From Thermoplasmatota archaeon (GTDB lineage Archaea; Thermoplasmatota; Penumbrarchaeia; Penumbrarchaeales; Penumbrarchaeaceae), in the NCBI GenBank assembly GCA_965234725.1, contig CBDDUX010000002.1:1-64000 (forward strand): a stretch of 64,000 nt of DNA, written 5' to 3'. Positions 48,794-60,223 of the stretch are shown here, piece by piece. Both the position numbers and the translations under genes were made by a program. A model generated the notes under the pieces. The model saw nothing but the letters and a program-made list of their open reading frames with translations, ran no database searches and was not told the origin of the DNA. The stretch's first letter is position 1. Every line of letters starts with the position of its first letter.

Positions 48794-51775
48794 ATGGGAT
48801 TCATTCCATTCATCAGGATACTCCTCAGGAACCAGGGTTCCAACAAGGCTGCAGCCTTCGGATCGATGTTCGGTGTTTTAATTTCAATTGCATTCATCAC
48901 TGGGTCCTTCATGACCTCTGATGCTATTGTATCCGATCTTTTCAAGGACCAGCTGGATGAGGTCGATTTCCATTTCAAAGCTTACAGTTGGTACTCCGGA
49001 GAAGAATATGGTCAGGGCAGTTCCGACCTTTCAGAGATGATGGATCAAGTGAGGGACCTCAAGGGGATAGAGGACGCCGGTCTTTTCAAAGAGCTCGAAG
49101 GCCTTGAGCTTGAGGGGACATATTTGGGAATCTACGGACTTGATGAAGGAGCCGCCAGATTCCTCTTTGAGAAAGATGGTATCAGTCTTCCAGATGATGG
49201 GGATTCTTGTATGATCTCATCTTCCATGGCAAAGGACCTTGACATAGCTGTTGGAGACAGCTTCAATTTAACCTATTACCAGTGGGTGGATGTTTGGTTG
49301 GAAGAGGTAAACTCAACTACAAATGGAGTGGTACCAAGAAAGATCATAACCTCCTCTGGTGAGGATGATGTAGTTTATATTCCTCCTCCCGGACTATATT
49401 TAACCGAAAGAATTCCAATAAACATATCGGTCAATGTATCGCAAATAATCGATACTCCTGGTCTGTCATCCCTTTCGAATCATATCTATCCCCAGACATA
49501 CAACATATTCCTGGGTCTGAAAGGATCAATAGTACTGGAACAAAGAGTAAGCTCCAAAATTGACTACTACTACGAATCCTACTCCAAGATCCTGTTCAAG
49601 ATGAACCCGGATTTCTTCTCCAACATTGATGATGTCCAGAAGACACGGAGGGAAGCAAGGGACCTCAAGGAAGATCTCCAATGGATCGTGAGTGGTAATG
49701 GTTTTTACATCGAAGACGATAGAGTGGGTGAGATCTACGAGGATTATATCTTCTGGTCCATAACCATGAGAGTATTTCTCGTCATTCTCTCATTCCCTCT
49801 CTTCCTCCTCTGCTTCTATCTTGTCCTTGTGGGTTCCAGGATAGGAATGGAGAACAAGGTCCAGGAGATCTCTCTGCTCAAGGTCAAAGGAGCGACGAAA
49901 CGCCAGATATTCTGGATGTTGATGCTGGAATCCCTCATTCACGGGTCCGTGGGGACACTGTTTGGAATATTGTTGGGAACAGCCCTGTCAGCAGTTTTCA
50001 TATCTTTCTTCCTCGGAAAGACAGTAGGGATACTATCTCTACTACCCGGAGGGACGATGGTCATAACTCTTCTGATCATCTCATACGTTCTTGTTACACT
50101 TATCAGATTGAGGTCCATGAACAGGCTCTCCAAGATGGACATACTCCAGGCCGTAAGGGGTTCTCCGGAAAGGAAGGAGAAGGAATACAAGCCTGGGAAG
50201 GATATTGTGATAATATCGATCATACTCCTTCTGATCGGAACAATGTCCTTCTTCAATGAGAGGAGACCCGAGGGACTTTTCCAGCTGGCATTGTATTCAA
50301 TTACAGAGGTCTTCAAACCCTTGCTGGTCCTTTTCCTTCCATTTCTACTGATACTCTCCGGGTCCAGACTCCTTGTCCAGGGCATCCCGCAGACCATGGA
50401 CATCGTGGCAAGACCCTTCAGGTCCTTGAACAGGGAACTTCATATGCTCCTTGTATCCGGTCTGAAATATCGGAAGAAAAGTGTTGCAATTATGGCCATA
50501 CTCATTTCGATCACGGTCTCATTCGGCATACTGGTCCTTTCCCAGATGGAGACGAGGGAGAATGGTATTGAGGCCAGCCTAGAGTCCTCTGTCCCAACGG
50601 ATCTCTATGTAGCAGTATCCGGTGCCAATGGGGATATGGGATCGAACATAAGTTCGATCGATGGCGTCAATGAGGTCATAACAGTTCAGAACTTGGATGT
50701 CAGTTATCAGATCGGTAATGACCAATATGGAGACTGGGGTTGGGGTAGTCTGATTGCCTTTGAAACGGACGAATATCGGAAAGTGGTCTCTCCTTCGAGG
50801 GAACTCCTGATCGATGGCGGATGGATAGATAAGCTGGATGGTCCCGTAAATCCTATTCCAGTGATAGTCAACAGGATGGCATCCAGGGAGAATTCACTTG
50901 TCATTGGTGACAGGATAAACATCACCCTTGGTTACCAATGGCAATGGAAAGTAAGTCCCGAAGACGATTTTCAAGAATATACCGAGATATATCTTGAATG
51001 CAGGATCGTTGGAATAGTGGACCACTTATCCGGATTGAGAAGCAGGACCGCATCTGAACTCATTGATGAAGAGAGGTGGGGTGAGGGTGACCACTACTTC
51101 CTTACGGACCTTTACGAGGAACCCGCAATATACATTTCAAAGGATAATATTCCTGAATCATATTTGCCAGGAACCTGGTCCTATCTCGTGGATGTCAAGG
51201 GTGATAATGAACGGGTAGAGGAGAATATTACAGCTCTAAGTTGGGACGAGGGACCAGCAGTGATCGTCGATAGGGATGAGGAATTAGAGAATATCAAGGA
51301 TATACCGGCAAACAAAGGAATGGACCTGATGCTTATCGTCCAATTCTCTTGTGTCCTGATCGCGGTCGTAGTAGGACTTTTCCTGATCCAGGTTGTCCAG
51401 AACACAGCAAGGAGAAGGGAGTTTGCTGAGGTCCTTGCAAGAGGAGCTACCAGGGATAATGTGTTCAGACTACTGCTCTCTGAGGGACTGGTGGTGCTTA
51501 TTGCAGGGTTATTTATCGGAACGATGACAGGTTTCATTGTCAGTTATGCTTTTCAGACAGTATTCACAGGTGACTGGGCAACATCCATTGGAGATTTCGG
51601 ATCAAATATCGATGTAGAGAACAGGATAACAATCGACAACGGAGTTGTCTTCCCCCCGTCCATACTGATCATTCATCTGGTCACAATTTCATCAATGGTG
51701 CTGGCGATCTATCTGGTATCACTATTTTCATCGAAGATCGATATCGCCTCGAACCTGAGGATGAGAAGGAGCTAA
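48794..51775 (+). CDS. FtsX/MacB-like ABC permease (duplicated)
   Basis: EISLLKVKGAT...ES and EFAEVLARGAT...SEG halves with large extracellular loops. Confidence 0.88.
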   Translation: MGFIPFIRILLRNQGSNKAAAFGSMFGVLISIAFITGSFMTSDAIVSDLFKDQLDEVDFHFKAYSWYSGEEYGQGSSDLSEMMDQVRDLKGIEDAGLFKELEGLELEGTYLGIYGLDEGAARFLFEKDGISLPDDGDSCMISSSMAKDLDIAVGDSFNLTYYQWVDVWLEEVNSTTNGVVPRKIITSSGEDDVVYIPPPGLYLTERIPINISVNVSQIIDTPGLSSLSNHIYPQTYNIFLGLKGSIVLEQRVSSKIDYYYESYSKILFKMNPDFFSNIDDVQKTRREARDLKEDLQWIVSGNGFYIEDDRVGEIYEDYIFWSITMRVFLVILSFPLFLLCFYLVLVGSRIGMENKVQEISLLKVKGATKRQIFWMLMLESLIHGSVGTLFGILLGTALSAVFISFFLGKTVGILSLLPGGTMVITLLIISYVLVTLIRLRSMNRLSKMDILQAVRGSPERKEKEYKPGKDIVIISIILLLIGTMSFFNERRPEGLFQLALYSITEVFKPLLVLFLPFLLILSGSRLLVQGIPQTMDIVARPFRSLNRELHMLLVSGLKYRKKSVAIMAILISITVSFGILVLSQMETRENGIEASLESSVPTDLYVAVSGANGDMGSNISSIDGVNEVITVQNLDVSYQIGNDQYGDWGWGSLIAFETDEYRKVVSPSRELLIDGGWIDKLDGPVNPIPVIVNRMASRENSLVIGDRINITLGYQWQWKVSPEDDFQEYTEIYLECRIVGIVDHLSGLRSRTASELIDEERWGEGDHYFLTDLYEEPAIYISKDNIPESYLPGTWSYLVDVKGDNERVEENITALSWDEGPAVIVDRDEELENIKDIPANKGMDLMLIVQFSCVLIAVVVGLFLIQVVQNTARRREFAEVLARGATRDNVFRLLLSEGLVVLIAGLFIGTMTGFIVSYAFQTVFTGDWATSIGDFGSNIDVENRITIDNGVVFPPSILIIHLVTISSMVLAIYLVSLFSSKIDIASNLRMRRS

Positions 51776-52401
51776 TACTTCCCCGAAGGGGTCCTTTCCG
51801 GATATTCGAAAACGGTCAACGATAGCAGTCTTCTAAGAAGTGTCATGGGCATACCGATCACATTATCCTCCTCTCCGAAGACTACTCTCGCACCTATGGG
51901 TCCTCTATCTTGAATGCCGAAGGACCCAGCTTTCCCCTTCCATTGACCGGTTGAGAGGTAATCCTCCACACCTTCTATTCCACCATCCATTTCCACAATG
52001 GATACCTCGTATCCATGGATGGTCTTACCTTTCTTCACATCGTGGACAACCAGCCCGGATATCACTCTGCAGGGATGATCCTGTTGAAGCAGAAGCATCC
52101 TTTTTGAATCTTCCATATCATTTGGTTTTCCAAGTATCTCACCATTACAAACCCCAATGGTATCAGCACCGATGATGATGTCATCCGATCCTTCACTAAC
52201 GGATAGTGCCTTTCTCATTGCGTTCTCCATAACAAGTTCCTCAGGAACACCTGAGAGGACCTCTTCTGCCGTGGGTTCCATAACCCTGAACTCATACCCC
52301 GCTTCCTCCATCAATCTCCTTCTTCTGGGGGATGATGATGCCAGGATCAGCCCCAATCCATCACTCCCACTCAATAGTTCCAGGGGGTTTGGATGTGACA
52401 T
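51772..52401 (-). CDS. maf: Maf-family nucleoside triphosphate pyrophosphatase
   Basis: LILASSSPRRR, IGADT, GKP, KAGSFGIQ, NVIGMP; start uncertain. Confidence 0.92.
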   Translation of the reverse strand: MSHPNPLELLSGSDGLGLILASSSPRRRRLMEEAGYEFRVMEPTAEEVLSGVPEELVMENAMRKALSVSEGSDDIIIGADTIGVCNGEILGKPNDMEDSKRMLLLQQDHPCRVISGLVVHDVKKGKTIHGYEVSIVEMDGGIEGVEDYLSTGQWKGKAGSFGIQDRGPIGARVVFGEEDNVIGMPMTLLRRLLSLTVFEYPERTPSGKY

Positions 52402-54193
52402 CCACAGCCACTCCATCAACTCCATCGAGTCCCATCAATTTCTCAACTATATCATCAAAGAACGCATCCGGAAGTTCGGATACCTCTGCGGTCATGGCCC
52501 TCCTGGACCAGACAGGTCTTATTACGACCATCTCCCCTGAACCATACCCCACAGGGATCAGGACCGTTGGACACTGCCAGATGGAATCGTAAAGACCGTA
52601 TTCCTTTAACCCTTCCATCACTATTGAATCGGCCCTCCTGAGGAGGTCCATCCTATCCTTTGTGATATATCCCTCCACAGGAGATGGCGTCTCAGGGAAA
52701 ACAGGGTCTAACATCAATATGCATCTGTTGATACCTCTGATCCTGTTTACCAGTCTCGTTGAAAACAGTTTCAACTCCTTCCAGTCCAGGTCCTCTCTTT
52801 TCAACCAAAGGGCAACCGGATGTTCGTATGAACGCGCATCACCTTTCACTCCAACAGAAAGGACCGGTAGGACCATGCCTTTCACTTTCCCTCTGGACCA
52901 ATCATCGGCTTCGATTGCCTTATCAACTATAGGTTGGACCTCTGTCACTGCTGTAAGATTATTTTGAATCAGATCACAGTTCTGACAAAGGGCCCTTATA
53001 CCCAGTCCAGGTCCCGGGAACGGATGCCTGTGAACTAGCTCCTTTGGAAGGCCGAGCATCTCTCCTACCTCTCGGACCTCGGCTTTGTACAAGTCCTTGA
53101 CAGGTTCGATCACCCTTCCTTCTGATATCATCTCCATTATGACATCGACCCTGTTGTGGTGTGTCTTGATGACATCTGCGTTCTTGGTCCCACCGCTCTC
53201 GATGGTATCCGGATAGAGGGTTCCCTGTGCAAGGACCCACTCTTCATCCCTTGTAAAGGCTGCCTCATCGTTGATGATATCTATGAAAAGCCTGCCGATT
53301 ATCTTCCTCTTCTCTTCAGGGTCCACCTTTCCTGAGAGCTCCTTCAAATACTTTTCAGACGCATCCACAACTATGAAATCCTTCAAACCCTGATCCCTCA
53401 GGGCTACTTCCACTTTCTTAGATTCATTTTCTCTCATCAGGCCTGTGTCAATATGGACGAACATCAACTTTTCATCTGGGAGGGCCCGATTCAATAAAGC
53501 GGCTACCACTGTTGAATCCACACCTCCAGAGACAAGGCAGAGGACCTTTCTATCCAAGGCTTCATCCCGGATCCCTTTTATGATCCCTTCCAGGTTTGCT
53601 CTTGTTGTCCAATCAGGAGTGGCCTTGCAGATCTTGGTCACGAAGTTATCAAGCATTTCGATACCATGGATCGTATCTTCGACCTCGGGGTGGAATTGGA
53701 AACCCCATCTTTTTCTCATTGGATCCGAAAATGCAGCGATCGGACAGTTCTCCGTAAAACCGATCGTCCTGAAACCAGGTGGGATCTTTGTGACCTTATC
53801 CCCATGGCTCATCCAGATCCTGTCGTCCTGTTCGATCCCATCGAATACCGGATCATCAACGGTGTTAAGAGAAGCGAAACCATATTCTTTGAGATCCGAT
53901 CCCTGAACGATCCCTCCGTAATGGATCGCTATCTGATGCATGCCGTAACAGAGACCTAAAATGGGAATATCAAGCTCCAGGATGCCCGGTTCGATCCTTA
54001 CAGAACCTTCTTCATGTATGGAATCCGGCCCACCTGAGAGGATGATACCTTTCATACCTTCGAGATCGGTCGGCAATGATGAAGGGTCCATGATAACCGT
54101 CTTAACATTCACCCTGTCCCTGATCTTGGTGGCTATCAGGTGTGCGAACTGTCCTCCGTTATCGATCACGGCGATGATATCACGCATCATCAT
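52361..54193 (-). CDS. guaA: GMP synthase, fused glutaminase and synthetase domains
   Basis: [50 protein letters not shown]. Confidence 0.96.
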   Translation of the reverse strand: MMMRDIIAVIDNGGQFAHLIATKIRDRVNVKTVIMDPSSLPTDLEGMKGIILSGGPDSIHEEGSVRIEPGILELDIPILGLCYGMHQIAIHYGGIVQGSDLKEYGFASLNTVDDPVFDGIEQDDRIWMSHGDKVTKIPPGFRTIGFTENCPIAAFSDPMRKRWGFQFHPEVEDTIHGIEMLDNFVTKICKATPDWTTRANLEGIIKGIRDEALDRKVLCLVSGGVDSTVVAALLNRALPDEKLMFVHIDTGLMRENESKKVEVALRDQGLKDFIVVDASEKYLKELSGKVDPEEKRKIIGRLFIDIINDEAAFTRDEEWVLAQGTLYPDTIESGGTKNADVIKTHHNRVDVIMEMISEGRVIEPVKDLYKAEVREVGEMLGLPKELVHRHPFPGPGLGIRALCQNCDLIQNNLTAVTEVQPIVDKAIEADDWSRGKVKGMVLPVLSVGVKGDARSYEHPVALWLKREDLDWKELKLFSTRLVNRIRGINRCILMLDPVFPETPSPVEGYITKDRMDLLRRADSIVMEGLKEYGLYDSIWQCPTVLIPVGYGSGEMVVIRPVWSRRAMTAEVSELPDAFFDDIVEKLMGLDGVDGVAVDVTSKPPGTIEWE

Positions 54194-54711
54194 TCACCGA
54201 CCAATTCCCTGCCCGATCTCAAGACCTTCTCTCTCATCTTCTTCAGGTGGCCCTCAAGGGCTTCAAGATATGAGGTATCCGAAGTGGCCAGGATCCTTAC
54301 TGCCAGCAAGGCCGCATTATCACCTCTATCAAGTCCAACAGATCCAACCGGGATCCCGGGAGGCATCTGGACTATGGAGAGGATGGAATCAAGATTGAGC
54401 TTTCCTGAAACTGGGACTCCGATCACCGGCATAAGGGTATGGGCTGCCACCACTCCAGGGAGGGCCGCTGAAAGACCTGCGATCGCGATGAAGACCTTGG
54501 CAATGGAGCCTTTAACGTTTTCTTCGACAAGGGCTGGCGTCCTGTGGGCTGATGCTATCGTGATCGAGTAAGGGACCTTGAGTTCTTCAAGTATGCTTAC
54601 AGCTTTCTTCGCCACAGGTAGGTCGCTTCCGGATCCCATAAAGATATGGACCTTACAATTACCTATACCGACGAGGTTATTCCCTCCTGAGAGGTTCTCT
54701 TCTCCGGACAT
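54190..54711 (-). CDS. purE: N5-CAIR mutase / AIR carboxylase
   Basis: [36 protein letters not shown]. Confidence 0.96.
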   Translation of the reverse strand: MSGEENLSGGNNLVGIGNCKVHIFMGSGSDLPVAKKAVSILEELKVPYSITIASAHRTPALVEENVKGSIAKVFIAIAGLSAALPGVVAAHTLMPVIGVPVSGKLNLDSILSIVQMPPGIPVGSVGLDRGDNAALLAVRILATSDTSYLEALEGHLKKMREKVLRSGRELVGE

Positions 54712-54843
54712 GTCAGCCCGATCGAGGCCGGGGTAATAAATGGTTTCTCCTTTTCAAGGATGAATTCTTCAATGAAAACGTTGATATACGGACCTTACCT
54801 CTCTCAACAAGGATAAAGGCCATCGGATACTTTTCCGAAGGAG

Positions 54844-55992
54844 ATGTGTGATATGCTCAGACGGGATTTGTACAACAGGCGGGTAGAGGACATAATGTCC
54901 AAAGTCGAATGGACCGTGGAGCCCCTGGACCCTCTGTCAGAGGCACTGGGGAAGATGAAAAAGTATAAGGTAAAAGAATTGCCAGTAGTTGAAAAGGGCA
55001 AGCTAAAGGGTCTTTTGACCTTCAGGACAATTACCAGAAGAAGGAAGATGGCAATATCTGCCCATGTGAAAGGTTTTATGATCAGTCCACCCAAGGTGAA
55101 GTCCACTGACAAGATCCACAAAGTGGCCGAATGGTTGATCAATAGGGATTTCTCCTCTCTACCTGTCACTCATAAGACCGATGTAACGGGAATGATATCT
55201 CGAAAGGACATCATAAAGACCCTAAGGGAGGACGAGGAGTTGAGGAATACTCCTGTTGAGTCCATTATGAACTTCGCTCCAACGACCATAGATACGGGTT
55301 TGGGAATGAGAAAGGCTCTAACCCTGATAGATCTTGCAGGGGATACATCGGCAGCCGTAATCAATGAAGAGAAGAAATTCCTTGGAACGATCAGCACAAG
55401 AGATCTCGTTACTTATCTTGAGGCTCCAAGGAAGAGACCATCGAAAGGGGACTTCCAGGGGGAGAAGATCCATAGGGATAGGTCCATCGACTCTCTCACA
55501 GAAATGCCACAGGCATTACTCAGAACGGACCTATTGAGTAAACTCATGGACATCATGGTCGACCAGGAGGTCGATACGGTCTACATTCTGGATGGAGACG
55601 AACTAGCCGGATCTGTAAACGAAGTTGACCTGCTGGAACTTTTCATGAGAGGTCCCTCCCGAGGGGGTCCACTTATACAGGTAGCTGGTATTGATGACGT
55701 CAAGTTGATGGATGCCTCGGACCTCGATAACTTCATCAAGAAATTCTCCTCAAGGATCGAGAAGTTCACCCCGGTATCAGCGATCACTATCAGGATAAGA
55801 CATCATCACCATGATACAGACGAGGACAAGTACACTGTCAACGTGAAATTGACAACTCCTACTGAGGTCATTGCAAGGGAAGCCTATGATTGGGACCTTC
55901 TGGTTGCCATAGGAAATGCTTTCGTCCACATTGAGCAGCAGCTGAAGAAAGAAAAGTCAAAAGCTCAGAAGGGTTCAAGAAAACATGTTTAG
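54844..55992 (+). CDS. Four-CBS-domain protein with C-terminal HPF/RaiA-like domain (putative hibernation factor)
   Basis: Four CBS repeats; C-terminal IQVAG...KYTVNVKLTTP...AYDWDLLVAIGNAFVHIEQQL. Confidence 0.78.
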   Translation: MCDMLRRDLYNRRVEDIMSKVEWTVEPLDPLSEALGKMKKYKVKELPVVEKGKLKGLLTFRTITRRRKMAISAHVKGFMISPPKVKSTDKIHKVAEWLINRDFSSLPVTHKTDVTGMISRKDIIKTLREDEELRNTPVESIMNFAPTTIDTGLGMRKALTLIDLAGDTSAAVINEEKKFLGTISTRDLVTYLEAPRKRPSKGDFQGEKIHRDRSIDSLTEMPQALLRTDLLSKLMDIMVDQEVDTVYILDGDELAGSVNEVDLLELFMRGPSRGGPLIQVAGIDDVKLMDASDLDNFIKKFSSRIEKFTPVSAITIRIRHHHHDTDEDKYTVNVKLTTPTEVIAREAYDWDLLVAIGNAFVHIEQQLKKEKSKAQKGSRKHV

Positions 55993-55995
55993 GCC

Positions 55996-57039
55996 CTATA
56001 CTTTCCAGTAGGAAGACTGCACATCTCTGAACTGCTTGATCCTAATATTATCAGGCATTACTTCTCTGGTTTCAGCATACCTTTGAGGTGTTTCCATGGG
56101 TTCATCCAGGTGGAGTGCCATTGACCCAACGAAGATCTCGGCGAGGGCTCTTGGGTGATATCCGCCCTCCAGCTCATAGACCACTCTCCCATTTGATACC
56201 CTCTCTCCAATGTCCTTTATCTTTGAGATCAGGTTAAGATATCCGGGGGTGGAAAGTGTCAGGGAGGTTAGAGGGTCCATGATGTGTGAATCACCTCCTA
56301 TTGAGACCATTATCAGGTCGGGAGAGAATTCTTCGGTTATCGGAACTATCAATTCATCCATGCATTCAGCGAATGAAGGGTCTCCTGAGCCACCCATCAG
56401 AGGCATGTTGACGGTCTTCCCCTCCCCAGACCCTCTTCCGATCTCGTTGTGGTGACCGGTACCTGGGAATATCCCCCATTGATGGGTCGATATGTAGAGG
56501 ACATCCGGGTCCCTTGCAAAAATATCGCTTGTTCCATTGCCATGATGAGCATCGATATCTATTATTGCCACTCTTGATATGTTATCATAGGTTTCAAGAG
56601 CTGATCTGGCAGCGAGGGCTACGTTGTTGAAATAACAGAATCCCATATTGTAATTATAGCCTGCGTGGTGACCCGGAGGTCTTGGAATTGAGAATACGGC
56701 TCTTTTTTCCCTGACTGCAAGGTCCATTGCTGAAACCACACCGCCTGCCGCTCGTAGTGACATATCGAAGGTCCTATCATGATGATATGTATCCGGGTCC
56801 ATGAAACCCACACCAAAGTCTCTAATTCTGTTGATATGGTCCTCATCATGGACCTTTAGGAGGGATTTCGGGTCAACTGGTTCTGGGGTCATTATTCTGA
56901 CAGGCAGTTCGATCTCTTTCATAAGATCCAATATTGCCTCGACCCTGTCTGGGGATTCCGGATGGCCCGGAGTCTGTGTGACCTGCGAATAATCCGGGTG
57001 ATAGTATAGAGGTATGGGGACCAAGGGCATGGATATCAT
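55996..57039 (-). CDS. Histone deacetylase-family hydrolase
   Basis: HPESPDR, RPPGHHA, GFCYFNN, DIDAHHGNGT, ELEGGY. Confidence 0.95.
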   Translation of the reverse strand: MISMPLVPIPLYYHPDYSQVTQTPGHPESPDRVEAILDLMKEIELPVRIMTPEPVDPKSLLKVHDEDHINRIRDFGVGFMDPDTYHHDRTFDMSLRAAGGVVSAMDLAVREKRAVFSIPRPPGHHAGYNYNMGFCYFNNVALAARSALETYDNISRVAIIDIDAHHGNGTSDIFARDPDVLYISTHQWGIFPGTGHHNEIGRGSGEGKTVNMPLMGGSGDPSFAECMDELIVPITEEFSPDLIMVSIGGDSHIMDPLTSLTLSTPGYLNLISKIKDIGERVSNGRVVYELEGGYHPRALAEIFVGSMALHLDEPMETPQRYAETREVMPDNIRIKQFRDVQSSYWKV

Positions 57040-57090
57040 TTGCAGGAGCGAAGGATCCCTAAATAAAACTATTGGGATGGGATATTCCGA

Positions 57091-58242
57091 TCACCTGAAA
57101 GGCACCCTTTTACTCCCTTTTAAAATGTAATAGATAAATGCTAGGAATGAGGCCGATCCAGCAAGTATCATTGGACCTTCATAAGGTATTTCTGGAAGAA
57201 GCTCCACAAGGACCAAAGCTAAGATGGGTCCGATCAGTGCTGAAAGGCTGATGGATGAATTAAGCAGCCCCACTGCAGATGCCCTCTCCTTGTTCTTGAT
57301 GAGCATGGACCTCAGAGAGCCGACATAGAGGTTTGCCCAGGATAGACCAAGCAGGACCTGTGTGATAAGGAAGAAAGGGAAGGACTTCACAACTATGAAG
57401 GATAACACGGCAAGTGAAGTTAGGATCAACCCCAGACCAACAGATTTTCTTGGACTGATCCTGTCTCCCAGAAGGAACATAGATCCAAACTGAGTGAAAG
57501 CATTGACCGCCTGGACCAGACCGATCTGAATTAGGCTAAGACCTATCTCATCCTTTAGGAAAAGAGGCCACAAGACCCATATTGACGATGCAGATGCATG
57601 TCTTAGAATGAATGGGATTATGATTTCCCTGTTCCTGTTAATCAGTTTAATTGGTATGAGGGGAGATCGGATCCGGATCTCAGGAATCGGTTTGAGCCCC
57701 ATTGCGATCAGGAATGAGATCATGACCATAGCAGAGGCCATGTAGAAAACTCCCCTTACTCCAAATATATCAGCTATTGGTCCAGCTATAAGCAGGGCTG
57801 AGCCCCAACCCAGGGAATTGAAGGCTGAGAACCTGCCCATGCTCGCTCTTGCTTCGAATGCGTATGCAGCCAATGCGGCCGGATACATTCCGAATCCTAT
57901 TCCTGTAAGGAACCTGAAGCCCATCAGTGTGGATGTCGAGTTCCCAAGAGCCTGGATGAGAACGAGGAAGGTTAGAGAGACCAGGCCTATGAGAAGGATC
58001 TTTCTCTTTCCAAACCTGTCAGCAAGTCTGCCGAAGATATAGGATGAAAAGAATTGTGCAAAGGAATAGATCATTGCCATTATGACGATCTCGGTCCTGG
58101 AAAGACCAATCTCGTTTGCCAAAATGGCTATGTATGTAAAGGAAGAGAGGAAGGCCCCTCCCGCCAGTATCTGAATGAGAGCTATCCTCTTGAACACATA
58201 ACTTGTAAAGAAAGGACCGATATAATCTTTGACATAGATCAA
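57091..58242 (-). CDS. MFS transporter
   Basis: GRLADRFGKRK motif A; about 12 TM helices. Confidence 0.92.
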   Translation of the reverse strand: MIYVKDYIGPFFTSYVFKRIALIQILAGGAFLSSFTYIAILANEIGLSRTEIVIMAMIYSFAQFFSSYIFGRLADRFGKRKILLIGLVSLTFLVLIQALGNSTSTLMGFRFLTGIGFGMYPAALAAYAFEARASMGRFSAFNSLGWGSALLIAGPIADIFGVRGVFYMASAMVMISFLIAMGLKPIPEIRIRSPLIPIKLINRNREIIIPFILRHASASSIWVLWPLFLKDEIGLSLIQIGLVQAVNAFTQFGSMFLLGDRISPRKSVGLGLILTSLAVLSFIVVKSFPFFLITQVLLGLSWANLYVGSLRSMLIKNKERASAVGLLNSSISLSALIGPILALVLVELLPEIPYEGPMILAGSASFLAFIYYILKGSKRVPFR

Positions 58243-59447
58243 TTATTCAGAACGTTTCCAGCTTTATCAAGAAATCCAGAGGCCATATCATATGCGGACT
58301 GGTCCATCAATATCTTTGCTTTGTCCAGGAACTCCCTTGCTTCCAGATATCCTTCCTGGCCTACCTTTTCTTTCAATAGATTATCAAGATATGTCAACTT
58401 GGTTGAAAGTTCGGTGACCATTAGATGGGTCTTAGAATCCTTCATTATAGATGATAGTTTGTTGGCGATCTTCCGGGCTCTGATATATTCACCCTTCCAG
58501 AAGGTCTCCTCCACCTGTTTTAAGAGGTATTCTTCATAGGAAACATCAACATCATTTGTTTTCAGCTCGTCTATGGAACCTCTGAGTTCGATAATCATCT
58601 TTGGGATATCTCCCTTGATGGACTCTGTTTCAAGCCTTTCAAGGATCTCTTTGGCCTTTCTGGAAGAGTTAATGGCTTCCACGGGTTTATCCTCGGACAT
58701 CTTTTCATTAGCCTGTGATATCAGTTCCTCTATCTGGTTCTTGAAGAATCTCTCTTTGGGGGATCTTGGCTCTTCGGGGAATAGGGCCCTGAGAGTCCTT
58801 GAGATATCATCGATGGTCTCCTCCACTTCCTCCTTTAACCGATCCTGAGGTGAGAGGATAACATCTGTGATCTCCTCGCAGAGCTCAAGAACGTGGTCAT
58901 AACGACCCTTGGAAAGGCTGCTCTTTGCCTCATTCACGATCTTCTTGGCTTTGGACATATCCTTGCCCCTGGACTCCTCGTGTTTCATTTTTAGCCAGAC
59001 CCTTTGCAAGGAATCGAGGGCATTTGAATACTTCTCAGCGGTGGCATCATCATTACATTTCGGTTCGTTCTCTTCGAATCTGCATTCGGTTTCTTCCTTG
59101 GGTTCCAAGGTGGAGATCATAAGGTCATAGGCTTCCTTTAGGTTCCCTTTGGAGAATCTCTCCCTTGCTTCTTTGATGGTTCGGTCCAATTTCATCCTTG
59201 ATACAGCATCGCTTCCCTCTTTCTGATCCTGTATCACCTTTTCAACAAGGTCGTTGAACATGGTTTCCCTTGCTTTGGTCAGAAGGCCTATCGATAGTTT
59301 CCGATTTGAGTATTCAAGGGCTTCCTTGGAAAGATTGATGAAGTTCATTGCCCTCGTAATGGATAGGTCTCTCCTCTTGGACTCTTCAACCTGCCAGAGT
59401 GCCTCATCAAGAAGTATTTTCAACTGGTTATCTTCAAGGGCAGCCAT
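58239..59447 (-). CDS. Hypothetical alpha-helical repeat protein
   Basis: Repeated helix-pair units such as GKDMSKAKKIVNEAKSSLSKGRY. Confidence 0.7.
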   Translation of the reverse strand: MAALEDNQLKILLDEALWQVEESKRRDLSITRAMNFINLSKEALEYSNRKLSIGLLTKARETMFNDLVEKVIQDQKEGSDAVSRMKLDRTIKEARERFSKGNLKEAYDLMISTLEPKEETECRFEENEPKCNDDATAEKYSNALDSLQRVWLKMKHEESRGKDMSKAKKIVNEAKSSLSKGRYDHVLELCEEITDVILSPQDRLKEEVEETIDDISRTLRALFPEEPRSPKERFFKNQIEELISQANEKMSEDKPVEAINSSRKAKEILERLETESIKGDIPKMIIELRGSIDELKTNDVDVSYEEYLLKQVEETFWKGEYIRARKIANKLSSIMKDSKTHLMVTELSTKLTYLDNLLKEKVGQEGYLEAREFLDKAKILMDQSAYDMASGFLDKAGNVLNN

Positions 59448-59635
59448 TGACCATTCTCCTAAAGGGGTGTTTTATATAAACATACAGATTCGTTTATTAT
59501 CGTTTCCCTCATTTTTCGAACAAGTGAAAATCTGCTTCTTAAAAATATAATGTCTCTCTTCTCTAATCGTTTATACTTGTCTTGATTATAAACTGTTTTC
59601 CCCTTTGATATCCATTGGAACCAGCTGTCCTCGAG

Positions 59636-59648
59636 AAACCTTTTATAC
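59636..59648 (+). promoter_or_regulatory. BRE/TATA-like promoter of the KH-protein gene
   Basis: gaaaccttttata about 35 bp before ATG 59681. Confidence 0.5.
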
Positions 59649-59680
59649 CCAACCTCAATCTACACGTGCGGGGACCATAA

Positions 59681-60223
59681 ATGGTATACAGATTCAAGGT
59701 CCCACTGGACAGGGTGGGAGTCCTTATAGGAAAGAAGGGTGAGACCCTTAAGGACCTTAAAGAAAAGGGAAAGACCGATATCGAGGTCGATTCCGAGACA
59801 GGAGAGGTCACTCTATTGGATGATATGTCGGACGATCCATATCTTTCTTTCAGGATGAGGGATGTTCTCAGGGCCATTGGTAGAGGATTTTCTCCCGAGG
59901 CAGCATTGAAGCTCCTTGATGATGATATGTATTATGAGGAGTTCGATATAAGGGATTTTTCCGGAAAATCCAGAAAGAGGATCCTTCAGGTCAGATCAAG
60001 ATTAATAGGATCTGGTGGGAAAACCAGACATCTCATCGAGGAGCTCACCGATTGCCAGGTCTCGATCAAGGGGAATACAGCTGCAATAATTGGTGATATC
60101 GAGGGAATGAAGGTTGCCTCCAAGGCGATAATGATGATCCTGAACGGATCAGAGCATTCATCGGTCTATACCTTCATGGAGAGGAAGAGGAAGGACCTGA
60201 AGGTTGCAAGGTGGGGATTCTGA
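59681..60223 (+). CDS. KH-domain ribosome biogenesis protein (Dim2/Pno1)
   Basis: RVGVLIGKKG, AIGRGFSPE, RLIGSGGKT, GSEHSSVY. Confidence 0.93.
   Translation: MVYRFKVPLDRVGVLIGKKGETLKDLKEKGKTDIEVDSETGEVTLLDDMSDDPYLSFRMRDVLRAIGRGFSPEAALKLLDDDMYYEEFDIRDFSGKSRKRILQVRSRLIGSGGKTRHLIEELTDCQVSIKGNTAAIIGDIEGMKVASKAIMMILNGSEHSSVYTFMERKRKDLKVARWGF

Noticed and set aside
60158-60223. 66-bp convergent overlap of nfi and the KH gene as antisense regulation
   Set aside because: The overlap lies after the last EndoV motif and looks like a stop-codon shift in a compact genome
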